The notes beneath the pieces were generated by a model. It saw only the letters and a list, made by a program, of their open reading frames with translations. It searched no databases and was not told where the DNA came from. 64,000 nt of DNA from Dendrobates tinctorius (Eukaryota). How positions within the stretch are numbered: the first letter of the stretch is position 1; each line of letters opens with the position of its first letter. A program made the translations under genes and the position numbers. The stretch lies in assembly GCF_039654945.1 (NCBI RefSeq), contig NW_027361829.1:40734001-40798000 (forward strand), in the 5' to 3' direction. Positions 24,854 through 39,912 of the stretch are shown here, piece after piece.

Positions 24854-25782
24854 TGTAGTAAGGTAGTATATGGAGGTAATCAATCAATTGTTAGTGTGTC
24901 TCAGCAGTTTGTTAAATATACACACAGCACTGCTACATATAAGGAGATGGATATATTATCCACATTCCCCGTTGAAGAAACCAGTGTTATTGTGTTGTGT
25001 AATGTGAACTGTGATTAAAAAGATGTTAATGTTATAGATGCTAATAATGTTGATAATGTGAATTGCTTGACAGTTGTGGTAGCAAGACTTAATGTTTGGG
25101 ACTAGCCCAGAGTAGTAGGGGCTAGGCTGAAGGGAAAGAGACAGTTTTCTGTCGAGGCATTAGATAGAGCCCAGAGTGCATGCAGAAGAGATCTAAGGTC
25201 CAATGTGAGCAGTGCCAATTTTTTTTTAAGGTTACCCTAGAAGCGATAGGAGATCAGGGGAGAGTGATCCAAAGTAGAAACGAGGAAGCGAGACTGAGGG
25301 ACAGAGTGATTTATCGAGACAGGTCCTGGGAAAGGACACCTAGCAGTAAGTCCTAGAGTTTATAACTTCTCAATGTAAAGGGCCTAGACAGGACGGAGTA
25401 CGTGAGCCGAAGAGAGTGCCTTGGGTGGGAGTTCCAGAGCGTCAGTAGGAGAGACCTGCCCTTAAAGGAAAAGGGGAAAAGAGGAGGAGGAACTGCGAGT
25501 TGAGTAAAGGACTCTTGCTAGCTGAACTGTAGTATCGAGCTGGATTGTGGGGGGAAGTAGTGGGGAATAGTGAAGACCAAGAACAAGCAAAGAGAGAGTA
25601 GAGAAAGGAAATTAATTTTTGTGAGAAAAATGTTATGTATTATAAAGAAAGCGTTTAGGAAGGTATTGTACCCACTGTCTACTGTATATAACCCTCCCCA
25701 AGATAATGTTCAGTAAAAAGTTTATTTTAAACTGCTGGTTTCCCTCCTTGAACTGTCTGGTCTGCCCAAGTCATTGGGTACA
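24854..25782 (+). mobile_element. Possible solo LTR
   Basis: TG...CA ends, purine-rich body, AGTAAA signal near the 3' end. No TSD. Confidence 0.35.
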
Positions 25783-26880
25783 TGCGGCCTGCACGGGCAT
25801 AGCACCCCCACAGCTCAAGTCCATGCACCCTGCCAGGACTCCCACATTCATGTAACGTGCATAGGTGGAAGCGACGAGTACCTCTCCCATGGCTACCGCA
25901 CTGCTCCACATTACATGTGAACATGTACATGCACACAGCTCTGCTACATGCACACACTATACATTATCACATCTTGCAGTTCCTGATCAGAACCTGAAAA
26001 GTCCTTGGAATAATTGGCTAAAGAGCCCTTCAGCAGCTCAGGTCCCAGTAAGCTTCCTCTTCTGATCGGTGCAGAGCAGGAGGAGAGAGGACAGCTCTGT
26101 CTGTGATCGGGAAAAAGGTCAGCTCACCCGATCTTCAATATGTATCCATAGCTTCCAATCGCACGGAGCCGCCTGAATCACGGCGTTGTCATAGCAAACC
26201 ACAAGGAAAGAGAATCTCCAGCGCTGGATTAATATTAAAATACAAAAATTTATTGAAAAAATGATTTAAAAAACAATAAAGACTGTACTTTCAAAATACA
26301 TATATGAAAAATTAACATCCCAAGTCACTCTAGAATTGGCAGCCTTGGTGATGTGCAGCTGTTTTACTTGGGATATTGTATCTACACATAGGAGATTGTA
26401 TGGTACCCGAATTCTAAGAATCTCTTCCTTCTGCCCCGTTTTTGCATGCCACGCACTGTTTTGTTTCAACAACACAATACTGGCCTCCATACACAGTGCC
26501 AGTGTTCTGCTTACAGAATATGCGTAGGACTGCAATGGGGAATACTCACATGTAGGAATTTACTAATATTTTGTGAATTATTTGCACAATTCTATAAGAT
26601 AATTTTACTCAAACTTTAAGGCATTGATCTGATGGAGGGGGTGCTTGACTTTTCCAAATACTATGTGGACTTAGATTTTTGATCTTTAAGATTGCTTGCT
26701 TTGGTTTCCAGCAATAAGCACTGTTTGCCCAAGTCATTTATTGTGTTCGGATCCGTAAACACATAGCTAAATTAAGATGTGGCAGGCTGCTTCCGCAAAA
26801 GAAAGACCACCGAGATTGGAATTTTCTGTTTCGGATGGGTTTTGATGAGTAATAAGAAGGCAAGCCACAATGAGTTTTAA

Positions 26881-27075
26881 CCCCTTCACGACATTTGATG
26901 TATAGATACATCATAGGTCATGTCCCTCCGTTTGATGCGGGCTCCGGCGCTGAGCCTGCATGTTTCCCTGTACATGACAGATGATTTGATCAGCTTCCAT
27001 GTGCCTCTAAACACAATCCCCCTGTGGCTGCTATCTTGTTAAATGCCGTTGTCAATCACTGACAGCGGCGTTTAA
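26881..27075. mobile_element. piggyBac-like non-autonomous element, left-end fragment
   Basis: TTAA|CCCCTTCACGAC... terminus. Confidence 0.55.
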
Positions 27076-27710
27076 CTCAAGCACTTCAGGAAGTGTTCAG
27101 GAAGCACCACATTTTTTCACATTACACACACACAAACTTAAATGTATTGTATCCGGATTTTAAGCGATATACCAACACAAACTAGCAAGTATTTGTGAAG
27201 TGTAAATGAAATTATACATGTTTTTCTTAATAGTTTGAATTGTAATTTTCCCCTTGTAGTCTGATGCCCCTAAATAAAATCCTGAGTGACTAATTGCCTC
27301 CAGAAATGATATAATTAGTCAATTGAGTCCACATGTGTGTAATTTATTCTCAGTATGTCTACAGCTGTTCTGTGAAGGCCTCAAAGGTTTGTTTGAGAAT
27401 CTTGGGGATCAAACAGCATCATTAAACCAAGGAACACACCAGACAGGTCAGAGATAAAGTTTTGAAGAAAAGTAAAGCATGGTTAGGTTATTAAAAAAAA
27501 ACTAGCACACGGAGCACTGTTCAGTCTATCATCCAAAAATAGAAGGATTATGGCACGGTTGCAAATGTACGATGACCTGGCCGTCCACCTAGACTGACAT
27601 CCAAATCAAGAAGAGCACTGAGAGAAGCAGCCAAGAGGTGATGGCCACTCTGACGGAGCTGCAGAAGTCAACAGCACAGGTGGTAAAATCTGTCCACAGG
27701 ACAACTATAA

Positions 27711-29300
27711 GGATACGGTCACACTATCAGTCTTTGGTCAGTAGTAGAGATGGGCCATTAGTAGAAAAAAAACTCTTATGGTGCTAGCGGGGATCTCACA
27801 GAGGTCACGGCAGTTCAGCCCGGCAGGGAACGCTACCTCAGTGACCTATCACAATGCTAGCGGGGATCTCACCGAGGTCACGTCAGTTCAGCCTGGCAGG
27901 GAACGCAGCTTCAATGACCGGAGGTAACCTCAATGACACCACCACCGTTCACTGAGGCTGCGCTCGCAGCAGTTCAGTCACAAGTGGTTCTCAGCCTGGA
28001 CAGGCGCATCTTGGCAACATCCACGTTGAAAACTGTTTTTCCTCCAGACATGGATTACGGCGTGGGACAGAAGGACGGACAGGTGAGGGATATTGTTGTT
28101 TTTTATTTTTGGTTTATTACAGGAGATCGAGGGCTTTGGTGGAATTAGGTGTTAGGTGAGTATAACTGTGTTTATTTTTAAATAAAAAGGTAAAAGTGTG
28201 TTTAGTCTTATTTCTAATACAAGACTTTATTCTGGCTGTGTGTTTATTTACCATGTAACTATAGGATTAGTAATGGATAGGTGTTTCTCCATTACTAAGC
28301 CGTGGGCTTGATGTCACCTGTCAATACAAAGGTGACATCAACCCCACAAATATGAACCCCACTTACCACCGCTACAGGGCAAGTGGGAAGAGCCGGGCAA
28401 AGCGCCAGAATTGGAGCATCTAATAGATGTGCCTTTTTTGGGTGGCTGCAGGCTGCTATTTTTAGGCTGGGGGGGCAATATCTATGGCCCCTTACCAGCC
28501 TGAAAATACCAGCCCCCAGCTGTCTGCTTTAGCAAGACTGGTTGTAAAAAATGGGAGGGACCCAACACCATTTTTTAAAATAATTTTAAATAGAAAAAAA
28601 AAAAAAAAACAGCATGAGGACCCCTCTATTCTTGATAGCCAGCCTTGTTGAAGCTGACAGCTGAGGATTTCAGCCCCCAGCTGTGAGTTTTGCCTGGCTG
28701 CTTATCAAAAATTCTGGGGAACCCTTGTTTTTTTTTTTTTTAAATTATTTACAGCGCAGGAGCCGGCAATGAATACACCCATCAGCCGCTCCTGTTCTTA
28801 CTATGATGGATGATGGGAGCAGTAGTCCCATCCGCTGACATCGGTGACCTGAGGTAAACTTTATACCACCGATCACAGCTGAGTGCTCACGCTTTCTTTT
28901 GACAGCGTGAGAACCGCGGCTCTCTGACCGGCGGGGATGATTTCACCGCCGATCAGAAGCAGTGTTTGCTGCTCTGTCATGCACATGACAGCGCGACAGA
29001 CACCCGGTGTTCAGGCTGCCGAACCCGAACAGTTACTCGGACTTCCTGAAGTCTGTGTTCGGTGTCCGTGCCCGAACAATAGGTGTTCGGTACGAACGCC
29101 GAACTTTACTGTTCGGGTTCGCCCATCTCTAGTCATTAGTTCACATCAGTATTTCTAAGCCAAAACCAGTAGTGGATAAAAAATGCAGAATCGGTGCATA
29201 TGCTTCTATTATACTTTTTCTCTGATTGTTCCTCTTCTGGTTTTGGCTTAGAAATACTGATGTAAAATACTGACCAAACGCTGATAGTGTGACCATAGGC
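27711..29300. mobile_element. Harbinger-type MITE in Tc1, itself interrupted by a hAT
   Basis: TAA|GGATACGGTCACACTATCAG...CTGATAGTGTGACCATAGGC|TAA. Confidence 0.8.
27745..29131. mobile_element. Non-autonomous hAT element
   Basis: TIRs TAGAGATGGGC / GCCCATCTCTA; 8-bp TSD GTCAGTAG / GTCATTAG. Confidence 0.88.
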
Positions 29301-29303
29301 TAA

Positions 29304-29615
29304 GGCCGGTTTCACATTTGCGTTAAAGGCCGCAGCGTCGGCCTGCACATGGCCGGCGCTAAGCCGCGCCTCCACCGGTAGCTCCGCCTCCGGACGCACG
29401 ACGCTGCATGCGTCATGCGTCCCCCATCTTTATCACTGAGGACGCAGGCCGTGCGCAGTGTGCATTTTGGCGGCGCCTGCTTCCTTTTGACGGTGCGCCG
29501 ACCAGCGCCAAACGCAACCTGTGGAGCTACCGGGGGAGGCACGGCAGGGGCGGGGCTTAGCGCCGGCCGTGCGCAGGCTGACGCTGCGGCCTCTAACGCA
29601 AATGTTAAACCGGCC
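29304..29615. mobile_element. GC-rich Harbinger-type MITE
   Basis: TAA|GGCCGGTTTCACATTTGCGTT...AACGCAAATGTTAAACCGGCC|TTA. Confidence 0.88.
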
Positions 29616-30783
29616 TTAGTCGTATACTCCACAAATCTGGCCTTTATGCAAGAATGGCAAGAAGAAAGCCTTATTTTAAAGCAAGAGCTAAGAAATCTCG
29701 TTTGCAGTTTAGAAAAGCCATGTAGGGGATACAGTTAGCTTGTAGAAGAATGTCTTCTGGTCAGATGAGTCCAAAGTAGAATTTTTGGGATAAGTGCTAT
29801 CCATGGTGAAACTGTAACACTGCACATCACCCTGAAAACACCATCCCCACTATCAAACATGGCGGCGGCATCATGATGTGGGGATGTTTTTCTTCAGCAG
29901 GGACAGGAAAGCTGGCCAAAGTTGATGGGAATATGGATGGAGCTAAATACAGGGCAATCCTGGAGGAATATCTGTTAGAGGCTGCAAAAGACTTGAGACT
30001 GGGATATGTTCACCTTCTAGCAAGACAGCAACCCTAAACATTCTGCTAGAGTTACAATGGAATGGTTTAGAATCTAAACTTTAGATAAAAACATTCATGT
30101 TTGTGAATGACCAAGTCAATGTCTAGACCTAAATGCCATTGAGAATCTTTCACAAGACTTGAAAATTGCTGTTCACAGACACTCTCTCCATCCAATCTCA
30201 CTGAGCTAGAGCTATTTTGCAAACATAAATGAGGAAAAATTCCTGCCTTCGAGTCCTAGATATGCAAAACTGGTGGCAACCTAAGCCAAAAGACTTTTAG
30301 CAGTAATTGCAGCGAAAGGTGGTCATACAACGTACTAACTCGTAGGGCTGAATACAAAAACATCTCAAATTTCAGATTTATACTTTTAAATAATTAGAAA
30401 ATCCTGTAACACTTCACAAATACTTGCTACTTAGTGCTGGTGTATTGCATAAAATCTATTTAAGTTTGTGGGTGTAACATGAAAAAAATGTGGAAAAGTT
30501 CATGGAATATGAATAGTTTTTCAAGGCACTGTAGCTTTGTATTTTGAAAGACAACTAAACACTAAGTTAAACAATGCGTAAATTGGAATCAGGACATCCA
30601 CTAAGTGCTCATGTCTGTCATTACCACACTTGCCAACTTTTCAAAATTGTTTTGCGGGAGAATTGTAATAAATGCCCTAAATATTCATATGGATGCTGGG
30701 GCTCTCTATGAAGACGAACCATTCCTGTGACCCTCACTGGAGTCTCTTGGAGGTATGATGCTAGTCATTACTCACGGACAAGC

Positions 30784-31272
30784 TGTGAGGCTGGTAGTCA
30801 AGAGGTCCATGGTCAGAAACAAAGAGGGCACATTATAAACAAAGGGGTAAAGCAAAGGCATAGTCAGGCCACAGTCCAAGGTCATAATTCTTTGAAAGTA
30901 GCGGGGTAAGACAAACAGATGGTCAAAGGCAAGGTCCAAGGTCGGGCAACAAATTTCAAATACAGGAACACAGAGAACAGAGCAAGCGCACACTGTTTGA
31001 GCTAAGCTACACCTGGCCGAAGTCGGAGGCAGACAGCCAGCTAAATAACCTGGGAATCATTCCGAACAGGAGACACCTTTAGCAAACCCAACATATGCCC
31101 CTGCCCTGATAGGATGACTTGACTGTCATTCACTATTCTGACCGCTCAGCACGCCCAAACCTCAGATTGGATGGCCGAGTTGTGTACCATTAGACTGACA
31201 GCTCAGCACGCCTCTGCCCCAGATTCAACTACTGAGCTGCCACTCGCCACACTGAGTGGAGGAATCATGACA
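30784..31272 (-). mobile_element. Probable solo LTR fragment
   Basis: TGTGAG...ATGACA termini and a composition typical of anuran Gypsy LTRs. TSD not resolved. Confidence 0.45.
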
Positions 31273-31315
31273 GAAGGTCTGTCCAGAGCTCAGATTTTCT
31301 AATCTCATTTTGAGA

Positions 31316-31936
31316 GTTGGCAAGTATGATCATAGTTCTTGATGACCATTGATTTGAATGGTAGAAGCATCCTTCGTGACATTTGGCAGCCATGTTCATA
31401 TAGCATTGAATGTAGATTGTCATGGAGGTCTATGAAGCTTTGAAAGACTTCACTAAAGGAGGCTGGTTCTCACTCTGGAGAGGAACCATCCCTATTCCCC
31501 TCAGGAGAAACCAAGAGTCAGGGAGATTTAATAATCTTCTGTCAAGAATTGCCAAGTATGATTGTCATTCTGTTAGTGACCATCAATATGAACTGTAGAA
31601 CCATCCTTTGGTGATGTTTGGCAGCCATATGCAATTAGCATTGAAGACCCATGGTAGCAGAGGCTTATGAAGATTTGGGAGATTACGCTGTATGTTCATC
31701 TTGATGCTGCAACTCACTCTGAAGACGAAGCGTTCCTGTGCACCTCACGGGAAACCAAGAGTTTCCTGGAGGTCTCTGCAGAGCTGGGCAGATTAAATGA
31801 TCTCATTTCAAAAGTTGGCCGGTATGATTGTCATTCTCTTAGTAACCATGTATCTTAGAACCATCCTTTGGTGACGTTTGGCAGCCACATGCATGTAGCC
31901 TTGAAGACAGATTGTCATGGAGGTCTATGAAGCTTT
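31316..31936. repeat. Degenerate ~240-260-bp tandem repeat (about 2.5 copies)
   Basis: Recurrent AGTATGAT...TAGAACCATCCTTTGGTGA..TTTGGCAGCCA...GGAGGTCTATGAAGCTT. Confidence 0.75.
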
Positions 31937-32159
31937 ACCTGACTTATTTCTGCTTCATATGAGACGGAATAAAGAGACACATTCCTTGACCAGAACTAGC
32001 TGAGCCATTTCCCACCTATCATGTTTCCCGGTACTAAGTATACTTTAGTATCGTTGACTTTCCTGTTTTTTGGGACAGTTGAACTGATTTTTGTCTTTAA
32101 TTAAAAGTGCAGTACATTAAAAACACAAAAAACCCTAAAAACATATATTCTTTAAGAAA

Positions 32160-33140
32160 TTGATTTTTGAAAGCAAAGCTGCGAGTCTTCGTGTATGGGG
32201 TAAATGTCACTCTGTTCATGGCTACGCTTTGCTTCAAGTCAGGACTCGTACTATTTCATCACGTTGCCATGGAGACGGGGCTAACTGTCATCTCAACTCA
32301 AGCCGCTGATGATTTTATTTGTAGGTTTTCAGGATTATTAAAATTTAACAAAAATTATTGATTTTCTCTTTATTAACGCTGGCTTGTGTTTACCCAAGAA
32401 GCCCTGGCACCAGCAAGCTTTTTCCTGATATAATATATATATTTAAAGGAGGTGCCGCCCAAAAAAAAGGTGTTTTGTTTTTTTTTCTTTGCTATTTTTT
32501 TTCAAAGCTCAGAGAAAAATATTTTTCCTTTTACTGTTTCTTTTTTTTTTTCCATCCTTTAGTTGTTTCGAATGTGATGTATTGTCCTCAGCAATTGAGC
32601 ACTCCGAGAGAATTGTATTTTACAAATCATTTTCCATTTCCTTTGTTTACAGCAAGACAAAATGCCTCCCAAAATCACAGTTAGTCAGACTTTAACTTAA
32701 CATAAAAGATACCTGTCAGAACATGAAATGGCGCATCAGCATGCCAAATTGTTGAAGTTTTTCCGTGTATTTATGTGCCGTACAGCTAGGCAAAATGCTT
32801 CAGTGCACTAAGTTCTCAAAGTATATATTTTCCTCCGCGTAAAAGAAACTATTACGTCTTTTTTTTCCCCCCTGTTATAAATGAGAATGGCAAAAACTTA
32901 TTTACATCAACTTTATCTAATGGCCTGTATGAGTGCTTTTATGCAAAATAGCCAGGAGACTAGAATTAACTTTTCACATTGGCTGCGCGTTAGTTCTCCG
33001 CATTTACAACGCGTCAAGTGGGCAGCGTTATTACAATGACACGCAGCCGAGAATTCGCCTTTCACTGCACAAAACTATTGTAGCATTTATACATAAACCC
33101 CATGGATTACACGCTTATTGTTGCTTTTATTTATCTAAAG
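32160..33140. promoter_or_regulatory. Candidate conserved non-coding element(s) / enhancer
   Basis: Repeat-free island with an RFX X-box-like GTTGCCATGGAGAC (32263-32276) and an octamer-like ATGCAAAA (32941). Conservation not tested. Confidence 0.45.
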
Positions 33141-33952
33141 CTTCTTTCTTGTTTGGTGTCCAAAATATATATATATTTTTTTTATAAAATGATCGCATCC
33201 ATATTCCTTTTTGCAAATGTTGCTGCAGTGCCCGTCAAATGTTTTATACAATCCTGCAATACGTGTAGAATCTAATCGCATCCATTTACATCTAAATCCT
33301 TTTTCTGTTCTTGTCCTGTGTATCCCCCCCCTTTATTACATTTAACAAATTACATATGGTGTAACATGTTTTCTTTTTAAATTTTGTTTAAATAAAGATA
33401 ATTTAAGCCCTTAAGTTTGATCCTTTTCAGTGTTAGTCAGTAGAACATTGTCGCCATTTCCAGTGCACTCTTTAACCTTTCTGTCATTGCCAATTTTCAT
33501 TGTTGCGCTTTTTATTTTTTTAACTCCCACATTTTTCAGAGTCAAAACGGTTTAATTTTTTTTTTCCATTCACATTCGAATGTTAGGGCTTATTTTTACC
33601 AAACAAGGAGGTTTTAAATGAACGACACCATTCATCTAATCAGCAGCCATCGCACATACTTGGCGGTGGGGGACTATGGCCGCCCGAAAGGACACACCTC
33701 CGGGACTGCTTCCGATAAAGAGTCAATGTCGTTTTAAGTTTAATCTCCTAAATATCTCATACGAGTGCAATCCGATGGTTTCCACAGACTCAGTGACTTT
33801 CATGGCCCAGCGCAATGTGAATATCGGATCAAACTCGGGCATGCAGCTTTTTTTCCCTTTGATAACATGTCCAAAGAAAACTAATATCCAAAAACTCGGC
33901 TCTCAAGTTCGTGTGATCAAAGAGGAAATTTAATGTTGTCCACAGCGTAGTA

Positions 33953-33997
33953 AGCGGAAAATGTTTCGGTCACTCTTGGGCCTTCATCAGTTACCGT
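33953..33997 (-). ncRNA. Hammerhead-ribozyme-like motif with canonical CUGAUGA core (decayed)
   Basis: Minus strand CGGTAA-CTGATGA-AGGCCCAAGAGTGACC-GAAACAT-TTTCCG. Confidence 0.6.
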
Positions 33998-34328
33998 TCA
34001 CTTGCTGGTATGATGTCCTATGGACATGAGTGGCTTGTGGTCAGTTGCCCTCAATTATTGTGCAGAACACAAATGTATCAGACTATGTAGCTTGGGTGGG
34101 TATAATTGTTCCATCCACACACCAGTATGATAGAATGGATCTTCGATCCAACGTGGAGTGTGTCACACCAGGCATCCATGGCCGCCCTGGCCTGGTGGAT
34201 ACAAGTCCAAACACACAGTAATCTCCAGGGATCTCAGGCAGGAAAGTGGTTATAAAAAAAAATATTCCTTTATTTTTTTTGTTAAAAGAGCATGTTACAG
34301 GTAGTGAATACCCCAGTGGATGGTAAAA

Positions 34329-34366
34329 AATCTGACGCGTTTCAACTCGAGTCATAATCATGGATT
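34329..34366 (-). ncRNA. Variant hammerhead-like motif of Penelope terminal repeat
   Basis: Minus strand AATCC-ATGATTATG-ACTCGAGT-TGAAACGCGTC-AGATT; palindromic ACGCGT stem III. Confidence 0.5.
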
Positions 34367-34573
34367 ACAAAATGTGACTTTTTAAAAGTCTCCAGACAGG
34401 AGTGAGGGGGTGGTAGGCAATGCCCTTATTAGCATGATTAATTGATGTATCTAATTATCCACACCTAACCTCCTGGTTGAAGACAAGTTAAGTTAAAAAG
34501 AGAGAGAAAGGGAAAAAAAAAAAAAAGGTTCTCAAAATTATTTACTTTGCATGCAATACCAAAAACATAAATA

Positions 34574-35210
34574 CCGTATATACTCAAGTATAAGCCGAGA
34601 TCCTCAGCCCATTTTTTTTAGGCTGAAAGTGCCCCCTCTCGGCTTATACTCGTCATTTTCCCAGGGGGTAGGCTGGGGAGGGGGAGCAGCAGGAGCCAGC
34701 GGCTGTCATATCATACTCACCCCCTCCTGGAGCGGTCTCTGCACTTCCCTGCTTCTCGGATGGTCTCCGGCGCTAGCAGCTCTTCCTGTGTTCAGCGGTC
34801 ATGTTGTACCGCTCATTAAAGTAATGAATATGCACATGACTCCACTCCCATAGGCGTGGAGCGCGTATTCACTACTTTAATGAGCGGTACCACGAGACCA
34901 CTGAACAATGGAAGGAGCTGCCGACGCCGGAGAAGCAAGAAGTGCTGAGACCGTGCTAGGAGGGGGTGGGGGGATCCATGCTATATTCACCTGTCCGCCT
35001 TCCACCGCCGCACGCTGCTGTGTCTTTCACGTCCTCTGGCTGTGACGTTCAGGTCAGAGGGCGCAGTGACGTGTTTAGTGCGCGCCCTCTGCCTGTACAG
35101 TCACTGTAGAGAGCTGGAAGACACAGCGGCGTGCGGCAGTGAAACAGGGACAGGTGAGCATTGCAAGTGCCGTGGGCCTGAGCCAGCGGCGACACAGCAC
35201 CAGGCCCCCA
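34574..35210. mobile_element. pogo/Tc2-like non-autonomous element, truncated
   Basis: TA|CCGTATATACTCAAGTATAAGCCGA terminus with inner TCGGCTTATACTCG repeat. Confidence 0.65.
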
Positions 35211-35974
35211 TAGTGCATATACATATATTAATTTGAAATGAGACATTTAGCAAATCATTGATCAGTTATTTGATCAATAATTTAATATTCGCTGTGCCAT
35301 TATGGCCTCCTAAATAAATTAAAAGCAAGAGTGCATAAAATGCAAAATGTACATGAAGAGTCTCAGACTCACTCCCATGGCGCCAGAAAGGTGCAAGCGC
35401 AGATAAAGGCTGACCAGGTCTGGACATGGACATATCACATCTAACCACTGCACTATCAGACCAGCAACCACAGATGAAGGGTGAAACAGGCCCAGATACA
35501 GGTGCAAAAATCAAATAGAGCCTGGGGCAGGGCTGCTGTGTGTGTGCACAGCAGCCTAGATCAATCACAAAAAAGACACAGAAAGAATGGCGTGCACAAC
35601 CTGGTCAGCCTTTACCTGCGCTTTATCACTATTTTTTATTTTAATTCTATTTTTTACAGGATTATGGTACCCAGGAGTCTCCTCTCCTCCAGACCCTGGG
35701 TACCATCCACACATTGAGCGCTCACTTTATGCATGGTGAGCATAGCCACGTGCGTAAAGTGAGCGTTTCAATGCATTCCTATGGGTGTGGAAACGCCGAG
35801 ATTCCGTAAAAAGAATGAGCATGCTGCGTATTTTTCCGCTATGCGATTCCGCAGCAGAAAAATCCGCAGCATTAGCACAGCAATGCAGAATCCCATAGGA
35901 TTACATGGGATGCGTTTTGGCGGCAATTCCGCAGCAGAAAAACGCTGCAAAAACGCAACGTGTGCACACAGCCT

Positions 35975-36226
35975 TAAGGGCATAAAAATTCAAAGTTGGA
36001 AAATTGCAAAATTTTCGCCAAATTTCCATTTTTTTCACAATTGCAAGTCATATCAAAGAAATTTTACCACTATCATGAAGTAGAATATGTTAAGAGAAAA
36101 CATTGTCAGAATCACTGGGATCCATGGAAGCGTTCCAGAGTTATTACCTCATAATGGGACAGTGGTCAGAATTGTAAAAATTGGCCTGATCATTAACATG
36201 CAAACCACCCTTGGGGTAAAGGGGCT
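35975..36226. mobile_element. piggyBac-like non-autonomous element end (same family as 63105-63930, inverted)
   Basis: Reverse-complement similarity to 63130-63365 (GCGTTCCAGAGTTATTACCTCATAA...CAGTGGTCAGAATTGTAAAAATT); ends AAAGGGGCTAA. Confidence 0.65.
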
Positions 36227-37069
36227 AATAGGATAATAATTTCCAGTTTGTACCGATGTGAAAGACTTACTTTTAAGTGCATAATAACAAGAGGTGCAGC
36301 AACTATGGCCACATTTAAAAAATCCCCTATATGAGAGCCATGTAGAATTTGGTGAGAGAGTGCTATTTATTGGTTGCCATACTAGGGGATAATTTATCTG
36401 CCAGAGTAGGAGCCCGCTTGGCTACATATTGAACTCTGTTATTCTGTGGGACATTGCAAAGTTTTTTATCCTTGTATAATAATGGCACATATTTCTCAAT
36501 AATATTTGTGATGGTGTGATACTGTGGAGAGAATTCTGTAGAGAAAACTGTATTACCACACTGTCTTCCTGAAAATTGTGCATTTATTTTTGTTAGATTC
36601 TAAAAGTACTTTCCTATCCATTTTTTCAACGATTTTTTTTTTTGCCCTTTGTAAGCTCCAATTAGGATATCCCCTGGATTGAAACCTAGATAGTTTTTTT
36701 GCTTCTCTTGTAAACGACTCAGGTCTAGAGCAATTTCTCTTGACCCTAAATAATTCTCCTACGGGTATTTTCTTAGTTTCATGTGCTGGTTGAAATGATG
36801 AGGCCCCTAGATGGAATTTGTGTCCGTTTCTTTCCTGTATGGATACATTTCATTGGTCTCATCGTTGCCCAGTAAGGTCACATCAAGATAGTTTAATTTT
36901 TGTTTTTTCATGGCAAAAATTGAAAGCCAAATTGAAAGGATTATCATTCGGATAATTAACAAAGTTTGTAACTTCCATGTCACTACCTTTCCAGATAAAA
37001 ATCTGGTCATCTATATGCCGTCCATAAAAATAGATCTTATCTTTGAAAACATTGTTTTCGTTGAAGATA

Positions 37070-38663
<1,594 letters not shown>

Positions 38664-39716
38664 TACATTTTTCTTTGAAAACTGCCACTACCAAATTGGC
38701 TAGCGAGGGGGAAAATTCCTCCCCCCCCCATTTGCCCAAGTTTGATCCGATGTTTTTTCGGATCACACTTGGACTGATTATATGCTCGTCTGCACGATCC
38801 CTTGGTTACACTCCTCATCTAGTCTGGCAGGCCTGAAGTTTGGTAGTGTTCTGCATCTGGGTGTCCGCCTCCAGTAGGTATGTAGGCCCAAAATGATGCA
38901 CGTCAGATCGCACATTCACTCTGCCAGCACCTTTATAGTCAATGCCCCCATCGGCACATACAACACCCAAATCCTGTTTCGTGGGGCAAGGGGGGCAAGT
39001 TTCAGATGGAAGTTCTGACAGGACCAACAAACGTGTGACAAAATGCAGTGTGACAGCACCCTAAGGGGTGGTTTTGTCACAGAAGAGGTTTACTGTATCT
39101 CTGGCATATTGTGTCAAATATTTCTGCTGCTTTCTGTTGTTTTTATTGTATTGAGGGTATAGATAAGTTATTTTAATGCACCCATTATGGCTAATGCTGA
39201 TATCACTGAAATCTCCAGGAAAAGCTCCCAGTAGACTAGCAGTAAAATTGATAAATTTACTCCAAATGTGCTAGTGCCTAAAACCTAACTTTTATTATTT
39301 GCAATAACAACACTGTAAATGCAAGTATCTTCCATGTTCTTGAACAATAGACTGAAGCAATAAATATAGCATAGTAGGTTCACAAATTCAGCATGGAAGA
39401 GGGAAATCTCACTAAAGGAAATCTGTCAGCAGGGTTTTGCTACCTCATCTAACAGGCAAAGAGAAGCTGAATCCAGCGATGTATCACTTGGATTACTGGG
39501 TGCAGCCGTTCTCACACAATCAGAGCTTTTATATTTAGAAAGAAGCAGAGCTGAGGAAGCTAACCCCGCCCACATAAGGCTCTGTATGGACTATATACAC
39601 AGTAAATATAAATTTGCTGAACTTGTAATACCTTTTTAAGTACTTTTTTATTAAGTTGTCTGTAATTTCATACGTAAAAATCATATTTTATGTCTTGTCA
39701 TTTATTTCTCATTTAG

Positions 39717-39824
39717 GAGGATGATAGTGAAGAAGAACCAAAGCTGAAATATGAAAGACTGTCAAATGGAGTGACTGACATCTTACAAGAAGATGCCGCG
39801 AGCTGTATGACAGTCCATGAGAAG
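39717..39824 (+). CDS. VPS41: VPS41 coding exon, equivalent to human exon 3
   Basis: tttctcatttAG | 108 bp | GTATAT. Translates EDDSEEEPKLKYERLSNGVTDILQEDAASCMTVHEK, near-identical to the recalled vertebrate VPS41 N-terminus (EEESEEEPKLKYERLSNGVTEILQKDAASCMTVHDK). Confidence 0.96.
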
Positions 39825-39912
39825 GTATATCTACATTAATGGATACCATTTACCTAATGTTTTCTTTTTGTCAACAGTAGATGCTGAAATAGAGTGGTCA
39901 GTGTTATTACTT

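Larger units (their letters stand above)
27105..30531 (+). mobile_element. Tc1 (Passport/TXr-like) transposon, degraded, with three nested insertions
   Basis: Degenerate K(T)KEHTRQVRDKV..., WSDE, KHGGG-IMMWGCFS and ENL..DLKIAV segments; right end ...TTTTCAAGGCACTG|TA with long TIR matching 27105-27200. Confidence 0.85.
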
